DNA from: Eledone cirrhosa | Taxonomy: Eukaryota | Direction of reading: 5' to 3' | DNA length: 64,000 nucleotides | NCBI GenBank assembly: GCA_964016885.1 | Contig: OZ024740.1 | Coordinates: forward strand, 429,722,001 to 429,786,000 | Part shown: one piece after another, positions 44,301-62,100 of the stretch | Layout: each line of letters begins with the position of its first letter | Position numbering within the stretch: the first letter of the stretch is position 1 | Notes under the pieces: model-generated | Seen by the model: the letters and a program-made list of their open reading frames with translations, nothing else | Told to the model about the DNA's origin: nothing | Databases searched by the model: none | Position numbers and translations under genes: made by a program

Positions 44301-47300
44301 CCTATATCATTACTGTTATATTATTCTAAATAACAACCTAATATTACTACCTATATCATTACTGTTATATTATTCTAAACAACAACCTAATATTACTACC
44401 TATATCATTACTGTTATATTATTCTAAATAACAACCTAATATTACTACCTATATCATTACTGTTATATTATTTTAAATAACAACCTAATATTACTACCTA
44501 TATCATTACTGTTATATTATTCTAAATAACAACCTAATATTAGTACCTATATCATTACTGTTATATTATTCTAAATAACAACCTAATATTACTACCTATA
44601 TCATTACTGTTATATTATTCTAAATAACAACCTAATATTACTACCTATATCATTACTGTTATATTATTCTAAATAACAACCTAATATTACTACCTATATC
44701 ATTACTGTTATATTATTCTAAACAACAACCTAATATTACTACCTATATCATTACTGTTATATTATTCTAAACAACAACCTAATATTACTACCTATATCAT
44801 TACTGTTATATTATTCTAAATAACAACCTAATATTACTACCTATATCATTACTGTTATATTATTTTAAATAACAACCTAATATTTCTACCTATATCATTA
44901 CTGTTATATTATTCTAAATAACAACCTAATATTACTACCTATATCATTACTGTTATATTATTTTAAATAACAACCTAATATTACTACCTATATCATTACT
45001 GTTATATTATTCTAAATAACAACCTAATATTACTACCTATATCATTACTGTTATATTATTCTAAATAACAACCTAATATTATTGCCTATATCATTACTGT
45101 TATATTATTCTAAATAACAACCTAATATTACTACCTATATCATTACTGTTATATTATTCTAAATAACAACCTAATATTACTACCTATATCATTACTGTTA
45201 TATTATTCTAAATAACAACCTAATATTACAACCTATATCATTACTGTTATATTATTCTAAATAACAACCTAATATTACTACCTATATCATTACTGTTATA
45301 TTATTTTAAATAACAACCTAATATTACTACCTATATCATTACTGTTATATTATTCTAAATAACAACCTAATATTACTACCTATATCATTACTGTTATATT
45401 ATTCTAAATAATAACCTAATATTACTACCTATATCATTACTGTTATATTATTCTACATAACAACCTAATATTACTACCTATATCATTACTGTTATATTAT
45501 TCTAAATAACAACCTAATATTACTACCTATATCATTACTGTTATATTATTCTAAATAACAACCTAATATTACTACCTATATCATTACTGTTATATTATTT
45601 TAAATAACAACCTAATATTACTACCTATATCATTACTGTTATATTATTCTAAATAACAACCTAATATTACTAACTATATCATTACTGTTATATTATTCTA
45701 AATAACAACCTAATATTACTACCTATATCATTACTGTTATATTATTTTAAATAACAACCTAATATTACTACCTATATCATTACTGTTATATTATTCTAAA
45801 TAACAACCTAATATTAGTACCTATATCATTACTGTTATATTATTCTAAATAACAACCTAATATTACTACCTATATCATTACTGTTATATTATTCTAAATA
45901 ATAACCTAATATTACTACCTATATCATTACTGTTATATTATTTTAAATAACAACCTAATATTACAACCTATATCATTACTGTCATATTATTCTAAATAAC
46001 AATTTAATATTACTACCTATATTATTACTGTTATATTATTCTAAATAACAACCTAATATTACTACCTATATCATTACTGTTATATTATTCTAAATAACAA
46101 CCTAATATTACTACCTATATCATTACTGTTATATTATTCTAAATAACAACCTAATATTACAACCTATATCATTACTGTTATATTATTCTGAATAACAACC
46201 TAATATTACAACCTATATCATTACTGTTATATTATTCTAAATAACAACATAATATTACAACCTATATCATTACTGTTATATTATTCTAAATAACAACCTA
46301 ATATTACTACCTATATCATTACTGTTATATTATTTTAAATAACAACCTAATATTACTATCTATATCGTTACTGTTATATTATTCTAAATAACAACCTAAT
46401 ATTACTACCTATATCATTACTGTTATATTATTTTAAATAACAACCTAATATTACTACCTATATCATTACTGTCATATTATTCTAAATAACAACCTAATAT
46501 TACTACCTATATCATTACTGTTATATTATTCTAAATAACAACCTAATATTACTACCTATATCATTACTGTTATATTATTCTAAATAACAACCTAATATTA
46601 CTACCTATATCATTACTGTTATATTATTTTAAATAACAACCTAATATTACTACCTATATCATTACTGTTATATTATTCTAAATAACAACCTAATATTACT
46701 ACCTATATCATTACTGTTATATTATTCTAAATAACAACCTAATATTACAACCTATATCATTACTGTTATATTATTCTAAATAACAACCTAATATTACTTC
46801 CTATATCATTACTGTTATATTATTCTAAATAACAACCTAATATTACTACCTATATCATTACTGTTATATTATTCTAAATAACAACCTAATATTACTTCCT
46901 ATATCATTACTGTTATATTATTCTAAATAACAACCTAATATTACTACCTATATCATTACTGTAATATTATTTTAAATAACAACCTAATATTACTACCTAT
47001 ATCATTACTGTTATATTATTCTAAATAACAACCTAATATTACTACCTATATCATTACTGTTATATTATTCTAAATAACAACCTAATATTACAACCTATAT
47101 CATTACTGTTATATTATTCTAAATAACAACCTAATATTACTTCCTATATCATTACTGTTATATTATTCTAAATAACAACCTAATATTACTACCTATATCA
47201 TTACTGTTATATTATTCTAAATAACAACCTAATATTACTACCTATATCATTACTGTTATATTATTCTAAATAATAACCTAATATTACTACCTATATCATT

Positions 47301-50300
47301 ACTGTTATATTATTCTAAATAACAACCTAATATTACTACCTATATCATTACTGTTATATTATTCTAAATGACAACCTCATATTACTACCTATATCATTAC
47401 TGTTATATTATTCTAAATAACAACCTAATATTACTACCTATATCATTACTGTTATATTATTTTAAATAACAACCTAATATTACTACCTATATCATTACTG
47501 TTATATTATTCTAAATAACAACCTAATATTACTAACTATATCATTACTGTTATATTATTCTAAATAACAACCTAATATTACTACCTATATCATTACTGTT
47601 ATATTATTTTAAATAACAACCTAATATTACTACCTATATCATTACTGTTATATTATTCTAAATAACAACCTAATATTACTACCTATATCATTACTGTTAT
47701 ATTATTCTAAATAACAACCTAATATTACTACCTATATCATTACTGTTATATTATTCTAAATAATAACCTAATATTACTACCTATATCATTACTGTTATAT
47801 TATTTTAAATAACAACCTAATATTACAACCTATATCATTACTGTCATATTATTCTAAATAACAATTTAATATTACTACCTATATTATTACTGTTATATTA
47901 TTCTAAATAACAACCTAATATTACTACCTATATCATTACTGTTATATTATTCTAAATAACAACCTAATATTACTACCTATATCATTACTGTTATATTATT
48001 CTAAATAACAACCTAATATTACAACCTATATCATTACTGTTATATTATTCTGAATAACAACCTAATATTACAACCTATATCATTACTGTTATATTATTCT
48101 AAATAACAACATAATATTACAACCTATATCATTACTGTTATATTATTCTAAATAACAACCTAATATTACTACCTATATCATTACTGTTATATTATTCTAA
48201 ATAACAACCTAATATTACTAACTATATCATTACTGTTATATTATTCTAAATAACAACCTAATATTACTACCTATATCATTACTGTTATATTATTCTAAAT
48301 AACAACCTAATATTATTGCCTATATCATTACTGTTATATTATTCTAAATAACAACCTAATATTACTACCTATATCATTACTGTTATATTATTCTAAATAA
48401 CAACCTAATATTACTACCTATATCATTACTGTTATATTATTCTAAATAACAACCTAATATTACAACCTATATCATTACTGTTATATTATTCTAAATAACA
48501 ACCTAATATTACTACCTATATCATTACTGTTATATTATTTTAAATAACAACCTAATATTACTACCTATATCATTACTGTTATATTATTCTAAATAACAAC
48601 CTAATATTACTACCTATATCATTACTGTTATATTATTCTAAATAATAACCTAATATTACTACCTATATCATTACTGTTATATTATTCTACATAACAACCT
48701 AATATTACTACCTATATCATTACTGTTATATTATTCTAAATAACAACCTAATATTACTACCTATATCATTACTGTTATATTATTCTAAATAACAACCTAA
48801 TATTACTACCTATATCATTACTGTTATATTATTTTAAATAACAACCTAATATTACTACCTATATCATTACTGTTATATTATTCTAAATAACAACCTAATA
48901 TTACTAACTATATCATTACTGTTATATTATTCTAAATAACAACCTAATATTACTACCTATATCATTACTGTTATATTATTTTAAATAACAACCTAATATT
49001 ACTACCTATATCATTACTGTTATATTATTCTAAATAACAACCTAATATTAGTACCTATATCATTACTGTTATATTATTCTAAATAACAACCTAATATTAC
49101 TACCTATATCATTACTGTTATATTATTCTAAATAATAACCTAATATTACTACCTATATCATTACTGTTATATTATTTTAAATAACAACCTAATATTACAA
49201 CCTATATCATTACTGTCATATTATTCTAAATAACAATTTAATATTACTACCTATATTATTACTGTTATATTATTCTAAATAACAACCTAATATTACTACC
49301 TATATCATTACTGTTATATTATTCTAAATAACAACCTAATATTACTACCTATATCATTACTGTTATATTATTCTAAATAACAACCTAATATTACAACCTA
49401 TATCATTACTGTTATATTATTCTGAATAACAACCTAATATTACAACCTATATCATTACTGTTATATTATTCTAAATAACAACATAATATTACAACCTATA
49501 TCATTACTGTTATATTATTCTAAATAACAACCTAATATTACTACCTATATCATTACTGTTATATTATTTTAAATAACAACCTAATATTACTATCTATATC
49601 GTTACTGTTATATTATTCTAAATAACAACCTAATATTACTACCTATATCATTACTGTTATATTATTTTAAATAACAACCTAATATTACTACCTATATCAT
49701 TACTGTCATATTATTCTAAATAACAACCTAATATTACTACCTATATCATTACTGTTATATTATTCTAAATAACAACCTAATATTACTACCTATATCATTA
49801 CTGTTATATTATTCTAAATAACAACCTAATATTACTACCTATATCATTACTGTTATATTATTTTAAATAACAACCTAATATTACTACCTATATCATTACT
49901 GTTATATTATTCTAAATAACAACCTAATATTACTACCTATATCATTACTGTTATATTATTCTAAATAACAACCTAATATTACAACCTATATCATTACTGT
50001 TATATTATTCTAAATAACAACCTAATATTACTTCCTATATCATTACTGTTATATTATTCTAAATAACAACCTAATATTACTACCTATATCATTACTGTTA
50101 TATTATTCTAAATAACAACCTAATATTACTTCCTATATCATTACTGTTATATTATTCTAAATAACAACCTAATATTACTACCTATATCATTACTGTTATA
50201 TTATTTTAAATAACAACCTAATATTACTACCTATATCATTACTGTTATATTATTCTAAATAACAACCTAATATTACTACCTATATCTTTACTGTTATATT

Positions 50301-53300
50301 ATTCTAAATAACAACCTAATATTACAACCTATATCATTACTGTTATATTATTCTAAATAACAACCTAATATTACTTCCTATATCATTACTGTTATATTAT
50401 TCTAAATAACAACCTAATATTACTACCTATATCATTACTGTTATATTATTCTAAATAACAACCTAATATTACTACCTATATCATTACTGTTATATTATTC
50501 TAAATAATAACCTAATATTACTACCTATATCATTACTGTTATATTATTCTAAATAACAACCTAATATTACTACCTATATCATTACTGTTATATTATTCTA
50601 AATGACAACCTCATATTACTACCTATATCATTACTGTTATATTATTCTAAATAACAACCTAATATTACTACCTATATCATTACTGTTATATTATTTTAAA
50701 TAACAACCTAATATTACTACCTATATCATTACTGTTATATTATTCTAAATAACAACCTAATATTACTAACTATATCATTACTGTTATATTATTCTAAATA
50801 ACAACCTAATATTACTACCTATATCATTACTGTTATATTATTTTAAATAACAACCTAATATTACTACCTATATCATTACTGTTATATTATTCTAAATAAC
50901 AACCTAATATTACTACCTATATCATTACTGTTATATTATTCTAAATAACAACCTAATATTACTACCTATATCATTACTGTTATATTATTCTAAATAATAA
51001 CCTAATATTACTACCTATATCATTACTGTTATATTATTTTAAATAACAACCTAATATTACAACCTATATCATTACTGTCATATTATTCTAAATAACAATT
51101 TAATATTACTACCTATATTATTACTGTTATATTATTCTAAATAACAACCTAATATTACTACCTATATCATTACTGTTATATTATTCTAAATAACAACCTA
51201 ATATTACTACCTATATCATTACTGTTATATTATTCTAAATAACAACCTAATATTACAACCTATATCATTACTGTTATATTATTCTGAATAACAACCTAAT
51301 ATTACAACCTATATCATTACTGTTATATTATTCTAAATAACAACATAATATTACAACCTATATAATTACTGTTATATTATTCTAAATAACAACCTAATAT
51401 TACTACCTATATCATTACTGTTATATTATTCTAAATAACAACCTAATATTACTAACTATATCATTACTGTTATATTATTCTAAATAACAACCTAATATTA
51501 CTACCTATATCATTACTGTTATATTATTCTAAATAACAACCTAATATTACAACCTATATCATTACTGTTATATTATTCTAAATAACAACCTAATATTACA
51601 ACCTATATCATTACTGTTATATTATTCTAAATAACAACCTAATATTACTACCTATATCATTACTGTTATATTATTCAAAATAACAACCAAATATTACTAC
51701 CTATATCATTACTGTTATATTATTCTAAATAACAACCTAATATTACTACCTATATTATTACTGTTATATTATTCTAAATAACAACCTAATATTACTACCT
51801 ATATCATTACTGTTATATTATTTTAAATAACAACCTAATATTACTACCTATATCATTACTGTTATATTATTCTAAATAACAACCTAATATTACTACCTAT
51901 ATCATTACTGTTATATTATTCTAAATAACAACCTAATATTACTACCTATATCATTACTGTTATATTATTCTAAATAACAACCTAATATTACTACCTATAT
52001 CATTACTGTTATTTTATTCTAAATAATAACCTAATATTACTACCTATATCATTACTGTTATATTATTCTAAATAACAACCTAATATTACTACCTATATCA
52101 TTACTGTTATATTATTCTAAACAACAACCTAATATTACTACCTATATCATTACTGTTATATTATTCTAAATAACAACCTAATATTACTACCTATATCATT
52201 ACTGTTATATTATTCTAAACAACAACCTAATATTACTACCTATATCATTACTGTTATATTATTCTAAATAACAACCTAATATTACTACCTATATCATTAC
52301 TGTTATATTATTTTAAATAACAACCTAATATTTCTACCTATATCATTACTGTTATATTATTCTAAATAACAACCTAATATTACTACCTATATCATTACTG
52401 TTATATTATTTTAAATAACAACCTAATATTACTACCTATATCATTACTGTTATATTATTCTAAATAACAACCTAATATTACTACCTATATCATTACTGTT
52501 ATATTATTCTAAATAACAACCTAATATTACTGCCTATATCATTACTGTTATATTATTCTAAATAACAACCTAATATTACTACCTATATCATTACTGTTAT
52601 ATTATTCTAAATAACAACCTAATATTACTACCTATATCATTACTGTTATATTATTCTAAATAACAACCTAATATTACAACCTATATCATTACTGTTATAT
52701 TATTCTAAATAACAACCTAATATTACTACCTATATCATTACTGTTATATTATTTTAAATAACAACCTAATATTACTACCTATATCATTACTGTTATATTA
52801 TTCTAAATAACAACCTAATATTACTACCTATATCATTACTGTTATATTATTCTAAATAATAACCTAATATTACTACCTATATCATTACTGTTATATTATT
52901 CTACATAACAACCTAATATTACTACCTATATCATTACTGTTATATTATTCTAAATAACAACCTAATATTACTACCTATATCATTACTGTTATATTATTCT
53001 AAATAACAACCTAATATTACTACCTATATCATTACTGTTATATTATTTTAAATAACAACCTAATATTACTACCTATATCATTACTGTTATATTATTCTAA
53101 ATAACAACCTAATATTACTAACTATATCATTACTGTTATATTATTCTAAATAACAACCTAATATTACTACCTATATCATTACTGTTATATTATTTTAAAT
53201 AACAACCTAATATTACTACCTATATCATTACTGTTATATTATTCTAAATAACAACCTAATATTAGTACCTATATCATTACTGTTATATTATTCTAAATAA

Positions 53301-56300
53301 CAACCTAATATTACTACCTATATCATTACTGTTATATTATTCTAAATAATAACCTAATATTACTACCTATATCATTACTGTTATATTATTTTAAATAACA
53401 ACCTAATATTACAACCTATATCATTACTGTCATATTATTCTAAATAACAATTTAATATTACTACCTATATTATTACTGTTATATTATTCTAAATAACAAC
53501 CTAATATTACTACCTATATCATTACTGTTATATTATTCTAAATAACAACCTAATATTACTACCTATATCATTACTGTTATATTATTCTAAATAACAACCT
53601 AATATTACAACCTATATCATTACTGTTATATTATTCTGAATAACAACCTAATATTACAACCTATATCATTACTGTTATATTATTCTAAATAACAACATAA
53701 TATTACAACCTATATCATTACTGTTATATTATTCTAAATAACAACCTAATATTACTACCTATATCATTACTGTTATATTATTTTAAATAACAACCTAATA
53801 TTACTACCTATATCATTACTGTTATTTTATTCTAAATAACAACCTAATATTACTATCTATATCATTACTGTTATATTATTCTAAATAACAACCTAATATT
53901 ACTACCTATATCATTACTGTTATATTATTTTAAATAACAACCTAATATTACTACCTATATCATTACTGTCATATTATTCTAAATAACAACCTAATATTAC
54001 TACCTATATCATTACTGTTATATTATTCTAAATAACAACCTAATATTACTACCTATATCATTACTGTTATATTATTCTAAATAACAACCTAATATTACTA
54101 CCTATATCATTACTGTTATATTATTTTAAATAACAACCTAATATTACTACCTATATCATTACTGTTATATTATTCTAAATAACAACCTAATATTACTACC
54201 TATATCATTACTGTTATATTATTCTAAATAACAACCTAATATTACAACCTATATCATTACTGTTATATTATACTAAATAACAACCTAATATTACTTCCTA
54301 TATCATTACTGTTATATTATTCTAAATAACAACCTAATATTACTACCTATATCATTACTGTTATATTATTCTAAATAACAACCTAATATTACTTCCTATA
54401 TCATTACTGTTATATTATTCTAAATAACAACCTAATATTACTACCTATATCATTACTGTTATATTATTTTAAATAACAACCTAATATTACTACCTATATC
54501 ATTACTGTTATATTATTCTAAATAACAACCTAATATTACTACCTATATCATTACTGTTATATTATTCTAAATAACAACCTAATATTACAACCTATATCAT
54601 TACTGTTATATTATTCTAAATAACAACCTAATATTACTTCCTATATCATTACTGTTATATTATTCTAAATAACAACCTAATATTACTACCTATATCATTA
54701 CTGTTATATTATTCTAAATAACAACCTAATATTACTACCTATATCATTACTGTTATATTATTCTAAATAACAACCTAATATTACAACCTATATCATTACT
54801 GTTATATTATTCTAAATAACAACCTAATATTACTTCCTATATCATTACTGTTATATTATTCTAAATAACAACCTAATATTACTACCTATATCATTACTGT
54901 TATATTATTCTAAATAACAACCTAATATTACTACCTATATCATTACTGTTATATTATTCTAAATAACAACCTAATATTACAACCTATATCATTACTGTTA
55001 TATTATTCTAAATAACAACCTAATATTACTTCCTATATCATTACTGTTATATTATTCTAAATAACAACCTAATATTACTTCCTATATCATTACTGTTATA
55101 TTATTCTAAATAACAACCTAATATTACTACCTATATCATTACTGTTATATTATTTTAAATAACAACCTAATATTACTACCTATATCATTACTGTTATATT
55201 ATTCTAAATAACAACCTAATATTACTACCTATATCATTACTGTTATATTATTCTAAATAACAACCTAATATTACAACCTATATCATTACTGTTATATTAT
55301 TCTAAATAACAACCTAATATTACTTCCTATATCATTACTGCTATATTATTCTAAATAACAACCTAATATTACTACCTATATCATTACTGTTATATTATTT
55401 TAAATAACAACCTAATATTACTACCTATATCATTACTGTTATATTATTCTAAATAACAACCTAATATTACTTCCTATATCATTACTGTTATATTATTCTA
55501 AATAACAACCTAATATTACTTCCTATATCATTACTGTTATATTATTCTAAATAACAACCTAATATTACTACCTATATCATTACTGTTATATTATTTTAAA
55601 TAACAACCTAATATTACTACCTATATCATTACTGTTATATTATTCTAAATAACAACCTAATATTACAACCTATATCATTACTGTTATATTATTCTAAATA
55701 ACAACCTAATATTACTACCTATATCATTACTGTTATATTATTTTAAATAACAACCTAATATTACTACCTATATCATTACTGTTATATTATTCTAAATAAC
55801 AACCTAATATTACTACCTATATCATTACTGTTATATTATTCTAAATAATAACCTAATATTACTACCTATATCATTACTGTTATATTATTCTAAATAACAA
55901 CCTAATATTACTACCTATATCATTACTGTTATATTATTCTAAATAACAACCTAATATTACTACCTATATCATTACTGTTATATTATTCTAAATAACAACC
56001 TAATAGTACTATCTATATCATTACTGTTATATTATTTTAAATAACAACCTAATATTACTACCTATATCATTACTGTTATATTATTCTAAATAACAACCTA
56101 ATATTACTAACTATATCATTACTGTTATATTATTCTAAATAACAACCTAATATTACTACCTATATCATTACTGTTATATTATTTTAAATAACAACCTAAT
56201 ATTACTACCTATATCATTACTGTTATATTATTCTAAATAACAACCTAATATTACTACCTATATCATTACTGTTATATTATTCTAAATAACAACCTAATAT

Positions 56301-59100
56301 TACTACCTATATCATTACTGTTATATTATTCTAAATAATAACCTAATATTACTACCTATATCATTACTGTTATATTATTTTAAATAACAACCTAATATTA
56401 CAACCTATATCATTACTGTCATATTATTCTAAATAACAATTTAATATTACTACCTATATTATTACTGTTATATTATTCTAAATAACAACCTAATATTACT
56501 ACCTATATCATTACTGTTATATTATTCTAAATAACAACCTAATATTACTACCTATATCATTACTGTTATATTATTCTAAATAACAACCTAATATTACAAC
56601 CTATATCATTACTGTTATATTATTCTGAATAACAACCTAATATTACAACCTATATCATTACTGTTATATTATTCTAAATAACAACATAATATTACAACCT
56701 ATATCATTACTGTTATATTATTCTAAATAACAACCTAATATTACTACCTATATCATTACTGTTATATTATTCTAAATAACAACCTAATATTACTAACTAT
56801 ATCATTACTGTTATATTATTCTAAATAACAACCTAATATTACTACCTATATCATTACTGTTATATTATTCTAAATAACAACCTAATATTACAACCTATAT
56901 CATTACTGTTATATTATTCTAAATAACAACCTAATATTACAACCTATATCATTACTGTTATATTATTCTAAATAACAACCTAATATTACTACCTATATCA
57001 TTACTGTTATATTATTCAAAATAACAACCAAATATTACTACCTATATCATTACTGTTATATTATTCTAAATAACAACCTAATATTACTACCTATATCATT
57101 ACTGTTATATTATTTTAAATAACAACCTAATATTACTACCTATATCATTACTGTTATATTATTCTAAATAACAACCTAATATTACTAACTATATCATTAC
57201 TGTTATATTATTCTAAATAACAACCTAATATTACTACCTATATCATTACTGTTATATTATTTTAAATAACAACCTAATATTACTACCTATATCATTACTG
57301 TTATATTATTCTAAATAACAACCTAATATTACTACCTATATCATTACTGTTATATTATTCTAAATAACAACCTAATATTACTACCTATATCATTACTGTT
57401 ATATTATTCTAAATAATAACCTAATATTACTACCTATATCATTACTGTTATATTATTTTAAATAACAACCTAATATTACAACCTATATCATTACTGTCAT
57501 ATTATTCTAAATAACAATTTAATATTACTACCTATATTATTACTGTTATATTATTCTAAATAACAACCTAATATTACTACCTATATCATTACTGTTATAT
57601 TATTCTAAATAACAACCTAATATTACTACCTATATCATTACTGTTATATTATTCTAAATAACAACCTAATATTACAACCTATATCATTACTGTTATATTA
57701 TTCTGAATAACAACCTAATATTACAACCTATATCATTACTGTTATATTATTCTAAATAACAACATAATATTACAACCTATATCATTACTGTTATATTATT
57801 CTAAATAACAACCTAATATTACTACCTATATCATTACTGTTATATTATTCTAAATAACAACCTAATATTACTAACTATATCATTACTGTTATATTATTCT
57901 AAATAACAACCTAATATTACTACCTATATCATTACTGTTATATTATTCTAAATAACAACCTAATATTACAACCTATATCATTACTGTTATATTATTCTAA
58001 ATAACAACCTAATATTACAACCTATATCATTACTGTTATATTATTCTAAATAACAACCTAATATTACTACCTATATCATTACTGTTATATTATTCTAAAT
58101 AACAACCTAATATTACAACCTATATCATTACTGTTATATTATTCTAAATAACAACCTAATATTACTACCTATATCATTACTGTTATATTATTTTAAATAA
58201 CAACCTAATATTACTACCTATATCATTACTGTTATATTATTCTAAATAACAACCTAATATTACTACCTATATCATTACTGTTATATTATTCTAAATAATA
58301 ACCTAATATTACTACCTATATCATTACTGTTATATTATTCTAAATAACAACCTAATATTACTACTTATATCATTACTGTTATATTATTCTAAATGACAAC
58401 CTCATATTACTACCTATATCATTACTGTTATATTATTCTAAATAACAACCTAATATTACTACCTATATCATTACTGTTATATTATTTTAAATAACAACCT
58501 AATATTACTACCTATATCATTACTGTTATATTATTCTAAATAACAACCTAATATTACTAACTATATCATTACTGTTATATTATTCTAAATAACAACCTAA
58601 TATTACTACCTATATCATTACTGTTATATTATTTTAAATAACAACCTAATATTACTACCTATATCATTACTGTTATATTATTCTAAATAACAACCTAATA
58701 TTACTACCTATATCATTACTGTTATATTATTCTAAATAACAACCTAATATTACTACCTATATCATTACTGTTATATTATTCTAAATAATAACCTAATATT
58801 ACTACCTATATCATTACTGTTATATTATTTTAAATAACAACCTAATATTACAACCTATATCATTACTGTCATATTATTCTAAATAACAATTTAATATTAC
58901 TACCTATATTATTACTGTTATATTATTCTAAATAACAACCTAATATTACTACCTATATCATTACTGTTATATTATTCTAAATAACAACCTAATATTACTA
59001 CCTATATCATTACTGTTATATTATTCTAAATAACAACCTAATATTACAACCTATATCATTACTGTTATATTATTCTGAATAACAACCTAATATTACAACC
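38400..59100 (+). repeat. Block of about 3.5 kb (~38.4-41.9 kb) repeated at ~55.65-59.1 kb, offset 17,248 bp (352 monomers)
   Basis: Marker pairs AATAGTACTATCT 38758/56006, AATTT 39192/56440, 40270/57518 and 41642/58890, and AATGACAACCTC 41147/58395. Confidence 0.85.
45000..51500 (+). repeat. 3,234-bp (66-monomer) tandem duplication
   Basis: Marker pairs at offset 3,234: ATTATTGCC 45084/48318, AATTT 46003/49237 and 47865/51099, TATCGTT 46367/49601, AATGACAACCTC 47370/50604. Boundaries are approximate. Confidence 0.85.
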
Positions 59101-62100
59101 TATATCATTACTGTTATATTATTCTAAATAACAACATAATATTACAACCTATATCATTACTGTTATATTATTCTAAATAACAACCTAATATTACTACCTA
59201 TATCATTACTGTTATATTATTCTAAATAACAACCTAATATTACTAACTATATCATTACTGTTATATTATTCTAAATAACAACCTAATATTACTACCTATA
59301 TCATTACTGTTATATTATTCTAAATAACAACCTAATATTACAACCTATATCATTACTTTTATATTATTCTAAATAACAACCTAATATTACAACCTATATC
59401 ATTACTGTTATATTATTCTAAATAACAACCTAATATTACTACCTATATCATTACTGTTATATTATTCAAAATAACAACCAAATATTACTACCTATATCAT
59501 TACTGTTATATTATTCTAAATAACAACCTAATATTACTACCTATATTATTACTGTTATATTATTCTAAATAACAACCTAATATTACTACCTATATCATTA
59601 CTGTTATATTATTTTAAATAACAACCTAATATTACTACCTATATCATTACTGTTATATTATTCTAAATAACAACCTAATATTACTACCTATATCATTACT
59701 GTTATATTATTCTAAATAACAACCTAATATTACTACCTATATCATTACTGTTATTTTATTCTAAATAATAACCTAATATTACTACCTATATCATTACTGT
59801 TATATTATTCTAAATAACAACCTAATATTACTACCTATATCATTACTGTTATATTATTCTAAACAACAACCTAATATTACTACCTATATCATTACTGTTA
59901 TATTATTCTAAATAACAACCTAATATTACTACCTATATCATTACTGTTATATTATTCTAAACAACAACCTAATATTACTACCTATATCATTACTGTTATA
60001 TTATTCTAAATAACAACCTAATATTACTACCTATATCATTACTGTTATATTATTTTAAATAACAACCTAATATTTCTACCTATATCATTACTGTTATATT
60101 ATTCTAAATAACAACCTAATATTACTACCTATATCATTACTGTTATATTATTTTAAATAACAACCTAATATTACTACCTATATCATTACTGTTATATTAT
60201 TCTAAATAACAACCTAATATTACTACCTATATCATTACTGTTATATTATTCTAAATAACAACCTAATATTACTGCCTATATCATTACTGTTATATTATTC
60301 TAAATAACAACCTAATATTACTACCTATATCATTACTGTTATATTATTCTAAATAACAACCTAATATTACTACCTATATCATTACTGTTATATTATTCTA
60401 AATAACAACCTAATATTACAACCTATATCATTACTGTTATATTATTCTAAATAACAACCTAATATTACTACCTATATCATTACTGTTATATTATTTTAAA
60501 TAACAACCTAATATTACTACCTATATCATTACTGTTATATTATTCTAAATAACAACCTAATATTACTACCTATATCATTACTGTTATATTATTCTAAATA
60601 ATAACCTAATATTACTACCTATATCATTACTGTTATATTATTCTACATAACAACCTAATATTACTACCTATATCATTACTGTTATATTATTCTAAATAAC
60701 AACCTAATATTACTACCTATATCATTACTGTTATATTATTCTAAATAACAACCTAATATTACTACCTATATCATTACTGTTATATTATTTTAAATAACAA
60801 CCTAATATTACTACCTATATCATTACTGTTATATTATTCTAAATAACAACCTAATATTACTAACTATATCATTACTGTTATATTATTCTAAATAACAACC
60901 TAATATTACTACCTATATCATTACTGTTATATTATTTTAAATAACAACCTAATATTACTACCTATATCATTACTGTTATATTATTCTAAATAACAACCTA
61001 ATATTAGTACCTATATCATTACTGTTATATTATTCTAAATAACAACCTAATATTACTACCTATATCATTACTGTTATATTATTCTAAATAATAACCTAAT
61101 ATTACTACCTATATCATTACTGTTATATTATTTTAAATAACAACCTAATATTACAACCTATATCATTACTGTCATATTATTCTAAATAACAATTTAATAT
61201 TACTACCTATATTATTACTGTTATATTATTCTAAATAACAACCTAATATTACTACCTATATCATTACTGTTATATTATTCTAAATAACAACCTAATATTA
61301 CTACCTATATCATTACTGTTATATTATTCTAAATAACAACCTAATATTACAACCTATATCATTACTGTTATATTATTCTGAATAACAACCTAATATTACA
61401 ACCTATATCATTACTGTTATATTATTCTAAATAACAACATAATATTACAACCTATATCATTACTGTTATATTATTCTAAATAACAACCTAATATTACTAC
61501 CTATATCATTACTGTTATATTATTTTAAATAACAACCTAATATTACTACCTATATCATTACTGTTATATTATTCTAAATAACAACCTAATATTACTATCT
61601 ATATCATTACTGTTATATTATTCTAAATAACAACCTAATATTACTACCTATATCATTACTGTTATATTATTTTAAATAACAACCTAATATTACTACCTAT
61701 ATCATTACTGTCATATTATTCTAAATAACAACCTAATATTACTACCTATATCATTACTGTTATATTATTCTAAATAACAACCTAATATTACTACCTATAT
61801 CATTACTGTTATATTATTCTAAATAACTACCTAATATTACTACCTATATCATTACTGTTATATTATTTTAAATAACAACCTAATATTACTACCTATATCA
61901 TTACTGTTATATTATTCTAAATAACAACCTAATATTACTACCTATATCATTACTGTTATATTATTCTAAATAACAACCTAATATTACAACCTATATCATT
62001 ACTGTTATATTATTCTAAATAACAACCTAATATTACTTCCTATATCATTACTGTTATATTATTCTAAATAACAACCTAATATTACTACCTATATCATTAC

